This document shows positions 27,641 to 44,789 of a DNA stretch of 56,200 bases, one piece after another; within the stretch, counting starts at the first letter, position 1; each line of letters begins with the position of its first letter. Location of the stretch: the NCBI GenBank assembly GCA_013239625.1, contig MU053431.1, positions 2,818,485 through 2,874,684 on the forward strand. Direction: 5' to 3'. The position numbers and the translations under genes were made by a program. Under the pieces are notes generated by a model that saw only the letters and a list, made by a program, of their open reading frames with translations, was not told the DNA's origin and searched no databases. The DNA is from Lama guanicoe. Lineage: Eukaryota.

Positions 27641-29513
27641 AAAAGCTAGCCTTTGCATGTGGAATACACTTTCAAAGTGAGGCAAAGTTGAAAGTATGGA
27701 TTCAACACTTAGTAGAAAATGGAACATGCCCAACTGGCATTTGGTTTGTTTTGAGGTAAAACAATAGAGCACCCTGTGAAGAGCTGGCTTTCAGAGCCGC
27801 TGTGCGGCATATGTGGTCACCAGATCTTTTCCCCAGTAGACCCTTGAGTGGCCAAACATGACTCCACTTCTAACTAGTGACCCAAATTTTGAGATTACTG
27901 TCCTAGACTGGCGGTGTAGACTTTAGCCTCAGGACTGAGTTGGCTTATCCAGGATTAGACTCGACCTTATTAGCACTTTATCCCATCTAAGTTAACTGGC
28001 CATGAACTGCAACATAGCAAGGGCTCTGAAACAACTTAAAGTGGGGATGACAGTCTTAACAATTGGACCATCCTGGTGATTTGTCTAAAATTCACCTTTA
28101 AAACCTTGATGATGAGGATGAACTGTTCTAGCCATGCAGTGGAAGAACATTAAGCCCCACTGTTCACACATTTTGTGTTCTTCTTGTGTGAAGATGAAGA
28201 TTCATCCTTCTCATTACTTTCATTCCTGGGAACACCTCTCCCACCACAATTGCCAGTTTTGTGCTTGGGGTGTGTGTATGGAATCTCTAACCTCAGTATT
28301 TCTTTATGATTCTTGTTCCGCTGGTAGAATTTCCCAGGATTGTGAGGGGGAAAACAGGTGTAAACGTTAATAATGAAAGTACAGTGTTACGGACATTGTC
28401 CTGACTCAGAAAAACAGTCAGCTTATGTGATGTCTGGTGTTTTCCTTTATCCCCCAACAATTTGTATCAAATGTTTTGTGAAACATTACCATTTTATGTG
28501 AAGTAAAGGTTACATGGGGTAAGTGTAAAATTGGAAAAGATATTTTTATAGTTTAGGAAGAGTAAAACCTCTACAGATGAAGGGGAATTTTCCTTGGGAA
28601 TTAGATGAATGTTCCTTGTATGTTAGTAGTTGGCTCAAAGGGGAACACATGCTGTTAGTTTTTCTTCTTGAAGGCAATTGGGAAGAAGGTAAGAAATGCA
28701 CTTTTTATCGTTAAAGAGCTGGGAAGTTGGACAGCAGGCCCTTCAGAGGGATTTTGGGTGTTGTGGTAGCGGCTTCTCCTGCTCCTAAGCTGTAGCCTGG
28801 AAACACGTGTTGTACTTGTTACAATAAGGAGTTTGTCACAGTCTGTTCCATCGGGGAAGAGACTTTTATGGATGTTGTTTTTGCCTGAAATTTGTATGTC
28901 AGGATGTCCAAGTCAAAGACTGCATGGATTGTCTGACTTGATACTGATGTGGATGTGGATGTGAAGTTGCCAGATAAAACAGAGGACAACAGTTAAATTT
29001 GAATTTCAGATGAACAATGAATAACTTTTTAGTGTTTGTTATTTACCTGAATTAAAAATTATTTTTGCTTTTAAAGATTTATTTCCAAGAAGAAGATCAA
29101 CAGCGCTTGAAATAGTCAAAGAAGTTAATATTAGCATGAATTTTTGTAGACATACTTACTGTCTCTTCATGTTTGCATTCAATGATTTTGCCATACGTGG
29201 ATATATCCCTGCTAAGATGGGTCAGCATTCAAGACGATTTTGATCCTGAATACTTGAACTTTCTAAAATGGTGACTTGCAAAAGTGAAGTATTGAATTCA
29301 TTAATGATGTCTTTAAGTTTTAGATATCTCAAGTTCACTTGTATTCAGTTGATATTATAAAGTACAAACTTATTTCTGGATGGATATGGTTGAATTTCAA
29401 ATTTAACTTTTTTTTTTTTTCTGTTTTGAAACTGACATCCTTGGGAGTGGGAAAGAGTCGGGTGGGTTTTGACCAAATATATTCCATCTGTATTTTCAGA
29501 GTTCGGAGTCTGA

Positions 29514-30194
<681 letters not shown>

Positions 30195-33024
30195 TAAACA
30201 GGGAATCATCAACTTTGAAGTCCCCTGGGAGCTAAAGTTCTTTCAAGCAGTTTTTGTTTGTTTTGTTTGTTTTAATACTGAAAGAGTTATTACCTGTAAG
30301 TTGCTTATTTTTAAATGAATTCCAGGAATGGGAAGGGTTTCATGAGTTCTCTTATTTGAAGCCACTTAGCCTAGTTTCACAGACAAATAAGTTGTGAGAC
30401 TGTACATGGGAACTGGCTGTTTTTAATATTGAAACACATGATCAGACAACAGGATTTACTGAATTCCAGCGTTGTGCAAAATGTGATAGCGGGGGAAGGC
30501 GTCTGTTTTCCCTCTGAGCAAGGTGGAATGTTTCTTGAGTGGAGGGATAGGAGCAGATCTGTGCTTTCCAAGGTAGCTCTGAGGAGGAAGTGGGCTGGAG
30601 CTGCTGCTGCAGTGGTTCGAGTGGAAGGGGCAGAGGCCGGACCCTGGGTGCTGGGTGCTGGGGGTTTGCATCCTTTTGGATGTTGGAGCAGATAGGGTGT
30701 GCGAAATAGCAAAGTTTTTGGCTTAAATATCTTTATGTTATTGTCAAGTCATTGTAAGATTCTGAATATTGGAGATTTAAAGTAACAACTTAAAATTGTA
30801 TGTAATCATTGGCAGGTACATCAGGACTTTGTTTCTTTGTAGCTGTTACAGCTGCTTTAGAAAATCTTAGCAGTAACAGTTGCTTTTTGTGGATATGGAA
30901 TGAAATCTTTTGTTTTTAAGTTCATATACTTTGGAACTTGGTGAAGTTTTGAGATTTTGATCATTTGGTTTTAGGCTAGATTTGCTACCCTCGGATTATT
31001 AAATGTGTATCTTTTTTAAGCTAAATGCTTTTTGAACTTAATTTGGATTGAGACTGCTTCGCGAAGAGAGCCATCATTCTAGAATTCGTGCATTATAATT
31101 CCCTTTATGGAAGCTGGGAAGTTGGAGGAGCTAAGGATAGGTGGTATTTGGGGAAGGGGGAACGGATCATCAAACTGATCGGATTATAAATGCTGTTGAA
31201 AGAACCAAATGCTTCGGAAAAGATGACTTAAGGTAAACCTCCAGTGATGCTGCGCTTGACTTTCCCTGGGAGTTGTAAAGAGATGGCTTACAACTTGGTG
31301 GTGTTGCTTCTCTTTTCTGAGCCCCTCCTTTCCTGGGAATTTCACTAGGTGTTGGGGGAGGAGCATTTGAAGGAAGGAAAGCTGTGTTTTTAGTGGAAAT
31401 GGGCACTACATACTGCTTTGATGTATTTGAAGGAGGTAACTTGAGAGTCCGCCTTCACAGGTAGACGTCTGGGAGCTATAGGGGAGGCTGCAAGCACTGG
31501 ACTGTTGCTGTGTGTCCTGGGCCCCCCGCTGTGGTTTATTTACCTTTCGCACTGCTTCCTGCAGGTCACCCCAGAGTGAAAAGCTTGTTGGCCTCCCAGT
31601 GCCTGCAAATGTGAGGCCTGAAGTCTTTCTTCTGACACAGTGGTCCTTGTTCTTTCTGACCCCAGCTGCCTTCTCCCTGGCCTTGAACTTTGTCCTTTTT
31701 CTGTCACACTCGTGTGCTCATTCTGTGGGCTCCTCTCCTTTGCTCAGGACACTCGTTTCTTGTGGTTTTAATGAGCAAGGGGAGGGCATGACCCCTGCTT
31801 TAGAGCTAGTGGCGCGTGCACTGAACCCAAACTGCGTGTGATTCAGGAGCAGAGTGTGTGCAGGAGCTGGTCTGCCTAGGGGTGGGGTGGGGACCGGCTT
31901 CAGTGCTGTGTCCTTGGTGCCACCATCCTGCCCTTCCCCCCCACCCCCGAGGCCCTGGACTTCCTCCTCATTTAGTCGTCTCTTCTTGCGGCGGGTTAGG
32001 GGGTATGTGTTACTGCTCTGTTTAGTGTGAAGCTTCTTTGGGAACGGGGACTGTGTCCTGTATCTGTTGTTAGAAATGTGTCTGACACAGGGTGAGGGGC
32101 TGTTGAAAATATGATGAGTGGGAAATAAAGGCAAATTTTCTCCAACTCCGGCAAGTGACCAAGAGAGCAGTGGGGACTGAAAGTGGAATAGTTTGAATTT
32201 GATGTAAATAGTGGAAATGTGACTTCTCAAGTAGGGTGTGTTGGATGGGAGAAAGTCCTCGCAGCAGCTTGGTGTGTGACAGGTGTTGAGGGGGCAGGTG
32301 AGGGGTCCGGGGGCCAGGGAAGCTGTGGCCTGGGGTGGCGGCTCTCACACTAGGAAGGACCAGACTGAGCCCACGTGTCGAGAGGCAGGCATGCGCGAGC
32401 ACAGGGGTGCTCACTTAACTGGTATTTCTGGTGGGCTCTCGGGTTGCTTGCTACACTGTGACTTCAGTGTGTCTTCTGGATAAAGGCCTGTATGTCCTGA
32501 TCGTTTTCACATGCAGAGTTCTGTAAAGTTGAGGGATAACTCACTTGCAGTAGACTAACAAGCCTGAAATGTGGAACTTGGTGAGTTTTTACATCCACCT
32601 CCATGCAGGCACCCCTCGGAACAGGGTGCAGGGCAGACTCTGTGCCTGAGGTTCTTGTGGCCAGCGCCCCCCAGCGTGGAGGACCCCACCCTCCAGAGGG
32701 GTGGGCACTGCCCTTGCCCCCCATCATGCAGGTGGTCTTGCCTGCTTGGATTCTGACAACATAGAGAGTCACCTCAGCTGTTTGAGTCAGTGGTTCTCAC
32801 TGCGATTGAACCCCGAAGCTTTTGTGTGTGGAGGGAGCATTTTCATCACTAAGTGGTCTCCTAACTTTTCTCACAGTTTTATATCCAATTACTGATAAAT
32901 TTCCTTCGATTAAAAAATGTTTCATTGTGACTTTGGAGTTATGGGGTTTTTCTGGATGGTGATGATTAAAACCTACTTTGTGACGATTATTGAAATGCCT
33001 ACATCTTGAGTGTCTGGGGATACC

Positions 33025-34055
<1,031 letters not shown>

Positions 34056-34301
34056 AAAAAAGATAGTGATGATTGGCACCTGGGTGATTTAAGCTTGGAT
34101 CATGGTTATGATACTGAATTTCATAGTATTTTGTTTGGAATTTCTAGGGTTCTGCTTATTAACGGTATAATCCGTTCTGAATTCTGGCTTCCGGCTTCTG
34201 GCTCCAAATTTTGTTAAATTGCTGTGAGATCGTGCAGTGAGAACATGGACTGTGTTTAGCATAGAGGTGCTGTGTAGACTTGCTGCACTGTGGTGTGTTG
34301 A

Positions 34302-34781
<480 letters not shown>

Positions 34782-35529
34782 TAGTATTAGAATTATTGTA
34801 CATGTATAAAAATTGTTAGAGTAATCCTATTCTGACCGTTTGTCCGACTTAAATTCCATGGTGGTGAGTATCTTTAGAATCCCTTGCTTGGTGGGAATCT
34901 TGTCCGAGTATGTTTGTCCACGCATGCTTCTGTATATTTTAGATACTGTGTTTCACTGGGAAAAACAAATTATAATAAATGAGCAAGTTAATTAGACATG
35001 AATTGGTCAGGAAGAATTTCTCAGTCACAAAGAACTAAGGAAAACAGAAATGATAATCATTAGAAGATTGTGCATTTTGGTGTAATTTTCTCCAGTTTTT
35101 AAATGTTGGCATTTAATTCATTTTTTTGAAAAGTAATCATATCATTTATTTTGGAAAATCCAGAAGAGATGAACATTAAGAAAAACTGCTCACAATCCCT
35201 AGTGACTGTTAGTGTGTGGTTCTTGTAGCATTTTTCTCTTAGTTTATACCCTCTTAAAAAAAGGCTATTGTACATGTGGTTTGGAAGTCAAGGTGTGTTA
35301 GTAACAGAGGCCGTGAGTATGACTGTAGGTCACTTGGCGTCCCACCTCGTCGTTTTTGGTGCTTGCGTGGCAGCCTGTTGGATTGTCGCCTTAGCGCATC
35401 CTCCGATCCTGCAGCTGCTCGTCAGGTGTGTGGTTTTCCACTGTTGATGTAAAGGCTGTAGTGAATGTTCTTAATAAAAAAAATTATCCATAATAGTTCA
35501 GTTTGTACCTGTGAAAGGTTAAGGGCTTT

Positions 35530-37200
35530 TTTCTTTAAAACGGCATCACAAAACCATTATCAGCCTAAAAAATTAATAGTAATTTCTTAATATCTTCAAA
35601 TGTCCAACGAGCCTTGAGAGTTTCCTGATTGTGTTCAATATTGGGTTGAATAGGTATTTGAATGAGGCTCCGTTTAGGGTTATGTACTGTGCTTTGTTGA
35701 TTAGCTCTTCAGTGTTTGTTAATCTGTAAGTTTTCCTTCTTTCTTTTTTACTTTTTTCTTGCAGTCTTTTTGTTGAAGAAATCAGGGCATTAGTCTTTCA
35801 GTTTCCTGCAGCCTTGATTTGGAGGTTACTTTCCTCTGTGGTGATGTTTTGCAGATTCTTCTTTATGGCCTCTGTATCCCCTATAAATTGGTGGTTGGAT
35901 CTGAAGACTTGATTAGGTTCTGGTGTGATCTTTTTTGGGGGAGAGAAAGGATGCAGGAATCCTCACCGGGATCATGACATATTTCCGTGTGTGAGACGTC
36001 ACGCCTGCCATTTCTCTCTGATGCCAGCAGCGTGACTGTGGTCCTGTTCCAGTATTTCATTAAGGGCTGCAGAATAATGCATTCTGATTCTGTTGTTTCT
36101 CGTCATTTAGTAGGTAGAATGCTTACGTAAAGAGAAATGCGCTCATTACTTACTTGGTTACCCTGAGGTATACTTTATAAGGAGAATTCTGATTCATACA
36201 TAACCTTTGTTGATCAGTTTTCTCAATAACTGGTTTTCTAGCATCTGCCAAAGATAGTGACCAATGAGGTTTTATTTGATTTTTTTTAGTTTCAGAAGGA
36301 ATTCATCGATTTAAACATACTTAATATTTTAATCATTGTATGATTCTTACTGAAGCTCAGCTTGCCCCACCTTGGCCAGTGGGAGCCTCCCCAAACTGGC
36401 CTTTGGGCTCTGATACAACCTCTGTCGTCTCTGAGAGCTGTGTTGCTTTCTGGTAAGAAAAGATGTTCCACACTTATTTTGTATAATTTTTTTACCACAA
36501 ACTTGGAATTGACCATTTCTGAGGATTCCTATTCATTTTTAATTCAGTAGGAATTGGTGTCCAGAGACCACATCTGTCACGTTGTGGGTAATCTTTGATG
36601 CTGTATTAATAGCTAGGAAGTTTGCGTACATGTGCACGCATTTTTGTTTGGTTTGTTGTTTTGGAGAGAAAATACACCATAAATTCCTATTGGTACTTCC
36701 AACTCAGAATCAGGACCAGAGGGTTTTTCTCACCTTTTCATTCTTAACATCAGTGTTACCTTTCTCTCGCCACAAGTCCTGATCCCCCGCCCCACCCCAT
36801 GCACTGTTTGTCTGCAGTGTGTAGCACTGTCATCATCAGAAATCTGATTTCTAATCTGAAACTGGTTCAGAATTTTTTTTTGATGGGCGTGGTGCGTTTG
36901 TCCTTATGTTCCACTGGAGACATACAGTTATTACACTTAATGTCACTGGAAATGGTGCTTCCCTGTGAAGTTATGGCACTGGCTCGACACAGCCCATTTG
37001 ATTGCTTTTTGTTCAGTTTTGAAGGATGGACATTTTAGGTACCATAACTGTGTAAAGTAGAGTCCAAATTCTAAATAAGGGGTACTCAGAATTTTCCTCC
37101 ACGTGTGTCCCCGCCACCCTGCTCCCTTCACCTGTAGGTAACTTTTAAAAAATTTTTTTTTTTTTGGTTTCTTTTTGGTCTCTTTCATTTAAAAGGATGG
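35530..37200 (-). mobile_element. Ancient L1 (L1MC4/L1ME-like) fragments in a PCMTD2 intron
   Basis: Degenerate motifs resembling old L1 3' regions; boundaries approximate. Confidence 0.45.
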
Positions 37201-38936
37201 AGGCAAACACATCTCTTGATAACCTCCTTCAGTGAAGGTGCATGCCCTTTTTACACTCCATCCACCCACCCAGAAATGGTAGTTTTAAGTTTTATACATC
37301 ATTTATTGTTTAAGTATTTGATGTTCATTCTAACTAGGAATTCTTTTTTGGCCCTGTTTTGTTTATTTAAAAAATTTTTGTTGATATATAAAATGTGATT
37401 TTTTTGATGGGCATTTGGGTTCTTTCTAGCCTTTTGCTGTTAGGCGCAGTGCTGCTGTGAAGAGCCTGTGCATATATTGTTCTGTGGATATTCTTTTTCT
37501 TAGTTTTTGTCTATATCCAGGACTTCCTCCAGAAGTGCTTGATCAAATCCTCTGTATTTTAACCTTTGCCATTTGTCGTTTCAAGGGCAGTGCTCTCAGC
37601 ATGGAAGAGCTGCTGGCCAGAGGCCTTGCTGACGGTCCTGCCTGCTGTTTAGTAGCTCGTCCTGTGTGACAAGGCTCACGTCCCCACGTTTGCTCCTCTT
37701 TCTCAAAATGCTGTTTTAAATACATGTTTACTTACCAAGTGACTTTAGAAATCTTTGTTGTATTGCAGAAATAACTGGACTTTTTTATTGGATGTGTGTC
37801 AACATCTGGATTACTTTGGGGACTGAAGACGTCTGTTCAGTTTTCGCTAGCTTATGTAGAACAGGACAGAGGGATGTGTAGTTTACTGATTATACTCAAA
37901 TATTTCATTAAAACTAGAAATTCTCCTTTTAAGAAAAGGTTTTCAAAAAAAAGATTTTGCTGGTATACAAGAATGCAGTAAGTTAATGATGTTTATCTAA
38001 TTCATCTATTACATGGCCACTTGGTTCTTCCAGCTCTAAGATCCAGGACACAGATTCTTAGTTTTTAGAGGATTTGCTGTCTTAGATATTTTTAGACAAG
38101 AGAGCAATAATCTTGGCGTGTCAGAGCTGACCAGAAATAGGACTGTGACCTGTTTGGGCCATTTGGAGACGGGCTCAGTCACAGAACACACAGGAGGACC
38201 GTGGGGTCTGACCTGGTCCTCCTGGTGCCCCTTTGCTATGGTTCACAGAACTCTGACGCCCTGCATGCACTGCGGTGTGTGAGCTGGCTGAGTCCGCATG
38301 TCATGGGGTGATGTCACTGGGAAGCTCATTTAAGCATATTCGCACCCCACGCCAGTGAGAGTGAGCTCCTGCACATTGAGGTGGCAGGCCACCTTGAAGG
38401 AAGCAGCACTGGCTGCAATAGTTGCTGCCCCCTGGTGGGGTCATGAGTTCCCAGTCACTGCAGGAAGGTCTTTTTACAGTCCCGTCCACCAGAGCCAACA
38501 GCCCAGGGTTCAGTCTAGGTTGAAGCATTGCAGGTGGTTGTGTGTATGTCTTGGATGACTTTTGCTTTAGAATAGCCCCCGTCTCCTTATGTTTCCCTCA
38601 ACATTGACATTTTGGAGAGTCCAAGAAATTTGTCATATCAGAATCCCCACTCTCCTTATCTGATTGTCTCCTCTCTTGTTAACTTTAACCTCTTTCTGTA
38701 TCAGATGTATTTCCTGTACTAGAAGCTTGAGTATATTCAGGCTAAACATATTTGCAGGAATATCAATAAGTTATGTGTAATTCATGTCACATCACATTAG
38801 AGAGCCCGTATTGTCAGGTCATTTCATTATCAGTGTGTCTGTGTTTTTTTAGATTGTATATGGGAATGATTATATTTACATGTAAGCTACCAGTAGTCAA
38901 ACTTTTTGAATATTCTCGTTTTTGTCTTTGGGATAG

Positions 38937-39113
<177 letters not shown>

Positions 39114-39659
39114 TGATGGGAAATAAAATTCATAAGGAACCTTTCAGTATTAAAGAGCATTTTCCACCCAATGGAAATTTTTATAAGTGATTTTTTAGGC
39201 ACTTAAAAATTATAATCTATTTTAGACTATTTTGGGTTATTTTAGGACGTTTGTGCTTGGTCTTCAGGGGTGAAAAGGAACTACCTAAAGAGAGAAGAAA
39301 AAGAGAAACATCAGCAGAGGCCAAGTGCCTGATGTGGACGCCCCCGTGTGGTCAGAGTGGGGTCTTTGGAAGAGCTAGATGGGGAGGAGGGTTAGACCTG
39401 AGTTCATCATGTAGAGCGCTGTCATGTTTTTTAAGGGGAGGATGAGTTTGTCAGTGTGCTCTCTGAAAATCCCACCAGAATAACTGAGCAAACACTGGCT
39501 GCGGGTAGTGGGGGCGGGCACCACCTTCCAGAGCCTGAGCAGGGTTTCGCAAGGCGAGGGCACACCTGGGGATCTGTGAGGCTTTTTGGGGGTCTGGTTG
39601 AAGATGTGTCTTGGTGTGGGGGCTTGATCACACCTGGGTAAGAATCATGGCGGTGTGGA

Positions 39660-40500
39660 AGCACCCCAAGATGCGGGCGTTGGGCCAAGGCTTCAGTGCC
39701 ACTGTGGCCTGTTGAACATCATGTGATGCTGTTTAGGGTTCCTGAGGTGAACTGTCCAATTACTTGTAACTTTATCTTCCTGGGCCAGCGTTTTCTAGAC
39801 CAGGAAAGTCATGTTGATGGACAATGGAGTAGAACAACCGTGAGTGGAGACAGTGCGTATAGAAGTCGTGAGGGTGTGGATGTGTGCTGAACAGGTAGGC
39901 AGGGGCAGCTCTCACACCGAGGCCGGAACCAGTTAGGAGGCTGTTGGAATTTTCCAGGCAGGAGATAAAGATGGAGACTGAGATGCTGGGCTCCACAGTG
40001 GCGAGGACTCAAGCAGGCACGTGGGGCTTTTCTGAGGAAGGATGTGGGAGCCTGGGGTGTCTGCCCTCTGTTTTGGGTGTTGGTTTGTGGGAGGCTCAGA
40101 CACCTGTCAGGCCTGGATGAGAATCCTGGGAGCCTTTGGCTAGTCTCTGTCACTTGAAGCCATGGGATGGATGTAAAACCGAGGACCAATAGGCGTATGC
40201 AGAGGGGGCCTCTCAAGGGAGCACTGCTAGGCTGGGTGGATGAGGAAGAGGTAGCAAGAGACACCTGGGCCAGGGGACACCTTGGGGGAGAGCTGGAGGG
40301 GCCAGAGCTGGCAGGTGGGAGACCTGGCCTGTGAAGGAGTCGATTCAGGACAACAGCACGGGGGGTGAGAGGAGGAAAGGCTGTGGCCTTGGAGTTGGAA
40401 GCCATGAGGGGTGCTCAGGAGCGGGTAAGTGCCGGATGTCCTGGAGGGACAAAGCAGGGACGGTGGAGCAGCGGGCAGAGCAGCAGAGGTGGGGGCCTGT
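39660..40500. mobile_element. Degraded L2-like element in the last PCMTD2 intron
   Basis: Purine-rich stretch with an L2-like motif (gaaccagttaggaggctgttggaattttccaggcaggagat); approximate. Confidence 0.45.
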
Positions 40501-41050
40501 GACCTGGGCAGCCTAGGAACCTCCCTATGGGGTAGGTTGTTATTTGGAGAAGTTAGGTCCCGGGAAGTAAAGAATGATGCTGATTTTCAGTTTAATGTAT
40601 TTAAACACACAATCCCTGTAACTCTTTTCCCTCAGAAAAGCCTGTATGTCACCATGTGTGTCTTGCCTCCATTCAGTTGAGCTTTAATTTAATTGCCGGA
40701 TTTTATTTTTCCTTTATGTGGTTTGAGATTTTCATTCTTCTTAAAAATGTTTTGGAACTGCTTTGTCTCTGTTGTAATAAAAAAGGAACAAATACTAAAT
40801 TTCTAAGGTACTATGAAAAATTAAAATAGATAAAAGAATGCTGGAGTCCTGCAGTCTCTGTGTGAGGATGAGACAGAATGCCTCAGTGATCACAGTGAAT
40901 AGGGTAATGAAACTGGTTGCCAGAGAACCAAAAAACCATGACTCAGGTTTTTATTCTACCACTGATTGATTAGGCAAGCAGTATTGCTTCCTTTTCTCAT
41001 CTCTTTTAAGGGCTAGTGTATTTGAAAATATCTTTGGAACCTACGTGTGA

Positions 41051-41572
<522 letters not shown>

Positions 41573-44010
41573 GTCTGTGGTTCGGGGACAGGCGGCCTTC
41601 CGCCCCGAGGGCCGCCTGGAGCAGGTGCAGCGGGGAAGGAGCAGCTCCACACTCTGTGTTTCTGCTTCTGGTCTGTTTCTGACTGTCCTTTAGAGTTTCA
41701 TTCATTGGTCTGATTTCTTTAAACATAGTCTGACCGACAAAAGCAGTTGTAGGGAGAACGTGTTCTCAGAAGGGGGAGGATCTCCTGGAGAAGGGGTGCC
41801 TTTCCGCTCTCAGGAAACGCTGCGGTCTCACATGGAGACGGCTGTTGACCTGCTCTCGCGGGAGGTGCCCATATTTGCATCAAAAGTGAAAACTGAGGTT
41901 GAAGTTAACCTGTGTTGCTTACAGAATGTGAGACAAAGCATAAGTGTGTAAAACCTCTTCTGGGTGGGACACCTGTGTCCAGGTTTGAATTTTACCGTAT
42001 CAGCCTCTTAATTTCTGGCACTGAGTTTCACTGAACCTTTAGTTATCTAGAGGGGGAGACGTTGAAAAGCCTTCCCTTATTCTAAGAAAGTTAATTAAAT
42101 CTTAATGGGAGTCATCAGTTGTAATGTTAAGAAAGAAAAATTGTGATGTGGGAGGAGGAGCTTAAGTATCCAAGTGCCAGGTGTCTTTCTGGAATTCCAG
42201 AAGAATTCCAAAGAGTGTTTTCCTGACATGTTTTGTTACCTTTAAAAGAACCAGTACTGGGTAACGCCTCAGAGCATGCCCTGAGGACTAAAGCGAATGT
42301 GATGAGCTGTGTTACTCCCCCCAGGGTCAGGGCTGACTGTTGATCCTACTTTCAGTAGTAGCGGGTGTACTGCCTGCTTAGTCCTCGGCGCAGGTGGAAG
42401 ATGCTGGTTGCAGGAAGTAGGGTGGGGGCCATGGTACAGGCAGCCCGAACCTTTTTTTTTTTTTTTAAATTCAGTTGGCTATTTTTCTGTAATCATTGTA
42501 ATACTGATTGGTAGATTTTATCTTTTATAATTCTGGAGAAAAAGATTCATTAGTTTTGTAGTTTTTCTTAAGAACAAACATGTATTTTAGTAGCTCCATT
42601 TCATTAGAACAGTTTAACTCTCAGTGACTTTGGAAACTGTCTTCTCCAGGCCTAACTTTCTACCTTCATCAGGTCGTGGGTCTGGAAGAAAAAGCCATCA
42701 GGTCAGGCAGGTGGTAGCATGTTTACCGGTGATACTGCTTCTTCCAAAACATTGGTTCTTTTCAGACTTTTTAATTTTACCCAAAGACCAGTAGGAAATG
42801 TTAACAGTAAACCCAGAATCAGTGCTGATGGAGGATTCATCGTCCAGAGTTTGTGATTAATTTTATCCCTTAGCTTCATGGGTGTTGCTGGGGTTCAGTG
42901 TCTCTGGTTTCACCAGCTTAACTGAGTTCTAGTTATGTTTTTTACCTTTTATGCTTTTATTTTTTAGTAACCGAGTCATTTCATCACAGAACACTGTGTG
43001 CGTGCATAGCTGGGAAAACGTGTGTATTGCCCTAGATGTGTAAATTTAAGCTGTTGTGAAGAAGTTTACTTCATAGTTGTGTTTACCTGCTTTTTAACTG
43101 GAAGTCAAACCTCTTTCAGAGGAGGAGCATGAGTTCTGTTTATCTGCTAACACTTCAGTTTGCGGGTCTTATTGACATTACTCTGACTGACTTGTAGAGG
43201 CCTCTGCAATACGTGGACGTTTGGGAGATAATATTAAGTAAATGGTATCTATGAAATCTGCTGTTAGGTGGCTCGACTGATTTTCCCCTGTATGGATTTC
43301 ATTTTTTTTCAAAACCGTATTTGCCTTTATGCTAGATTGTAAAAACTCTTTACAGTGCGTAAGACATGTTTTCCCCTATGTATGTTAAACCTTTCCTAAC
43401 ATTTTGTATTTATGTATTGTCGGTTTGTGATTTTTTAGACCAGAATTTGTTTTAAAAAATACATAGATATAATATATGTGCAATGGTTGGCTGTTTTATC
43501 TTGTAAACATAAAGGAGAATCATAAGTGAATTCTCGTGTGCTTAAGCACCTTACACCAGAGTTTGGTGTGAGACACTACTTCTGTTTTCAAATAGATGAA
43601 TTATGTATAGTCTGTGCTGGCTGCAAGCTCTGTATTTGTAAACCACATTCTAGACAGCTGCTGACTGCTGTGCTCTGAGGGGTCTGTATTTTCCTATGTG
43701 AGTTTTGTCCTAAAGTAGTAAAGCCATAGACATGGGCAAAACAAATGAATTTATAAATACTGAGTAGGTGATGTAGAAATCAACTGTGTATTTAAAGACA
43801 TTTTTGCCAGTTTGGAACTGTCAGGGAATTAATGCAAGAAATTAGAAACAAAAGATTCTCATGAGCTAGTACACAAAGGGTACCTGTAAAGGTAGTGAAG
43901 ACGCCTGAGCCGTCTTGGCATTGCTTCTGTTTCCTGTGTGGAATTAAAATTCTGGGCTACATATTCTTTTTTTCAAAAATCTTAAAAAAAATAAACTAAC
44001 CGCCCCCCCC
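41573..44010 (+). other. PCMTD2: PCMTD2 3' UTR; candidate polyA signals ATTAAA 43943-43948 and AATAAA 43990-43995
   Basis: AT-rich, apparently repeat-free sequence after the stop, with T-rich sequence downstream of the signals. The end is inferred. Confidence 0.65.
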
Positions 44011-44202
44011 GAATCATGTATTTTCTTTCATTATTTGTATTTTTGCTGAATTCTGTACCATTCTAGCACACATAATTAAACACAGGAAGTTGGAATAGCC
44101 AAAGAGAAAGTGGCTTGCTCTGACTACACAAGTGTCTGTGGGTAGTTTTTTGGCACAATTTTCTAATATGAAAATGGGTAAATACAAGGTAATTGGGCAG
44201 CA

Positions 44203-44292
44203 AGGGATGAGGTGAGGGTTTAGGGTTGGGCTTGGGGTTAGGCATGGCCAGGGTCAGGATTTAGGGTCGAAGGTCAGAGGGTTATGGTCTGG
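44203..44292 (+). repeat. Short, highly degenerate telomere-like (TTAGGG variant) patch
   Basis: gtgagggtttagggttgggcttggggttaggc...ggtcaggatttagggtc; 6-nt periodicity. Confidence 0.7.
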
Positions 44293-44365
44293 ACTTACAA
44301 ATTGTAAATGAGCTTTTTTCTTTTTCCGTTTCAAAGTCCAAAATTTTCTAAACATCACTGCTGAT

Positions 44366-44515
44366 TATCTTAGTTCCTCGGGACTGCTATCACAAAACAC
44401 CAGTTGGGTATTTTAGGTGGCTTGTAAACAATAAGCATTTATTTCTCACAGTTCTGAGGGCGGAAGTCTGAGATCAGGGTGCTGGCGTGGTGGGGTGAGG
44501 GCGCCCTTTCTGGTG
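44366..44515 (-). mobile_element. MLT1 (MaLR) LTR fragment
   Basis: tcttagtt...ctgctatcacaaaacacca...atttatttctcacagttctgagggcggaagtctgagatcagggtg is the typical antisense MLT1 terminus. Confidence 0.75.
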
Positions 44516-44789
44516 CTGGAGTATACTGCAGACGGCCTGTGCCGCTTTCTCTTTCTGTAATCACACTGGAGTTCAGTTTGGGGGCGGCAGCCTCGAGTGC
44601 GCAGGAGGGAGGTTTGCTGCAGCCTCCCCGCTTCCCCAGAGATGTTGCATTCAGTAGTGAGCACAGAAGCCTGGTTTTCTGGCCTGTGTCCCGGGGTGTA
44701 TCTTTACTTTCTTGTGTAGTTCCTCCGGCAGGATGTATTTTATAAAAGCACCCCTGCTCTGTGACTCCGGGTAAAGTAGCTCTTACTTA

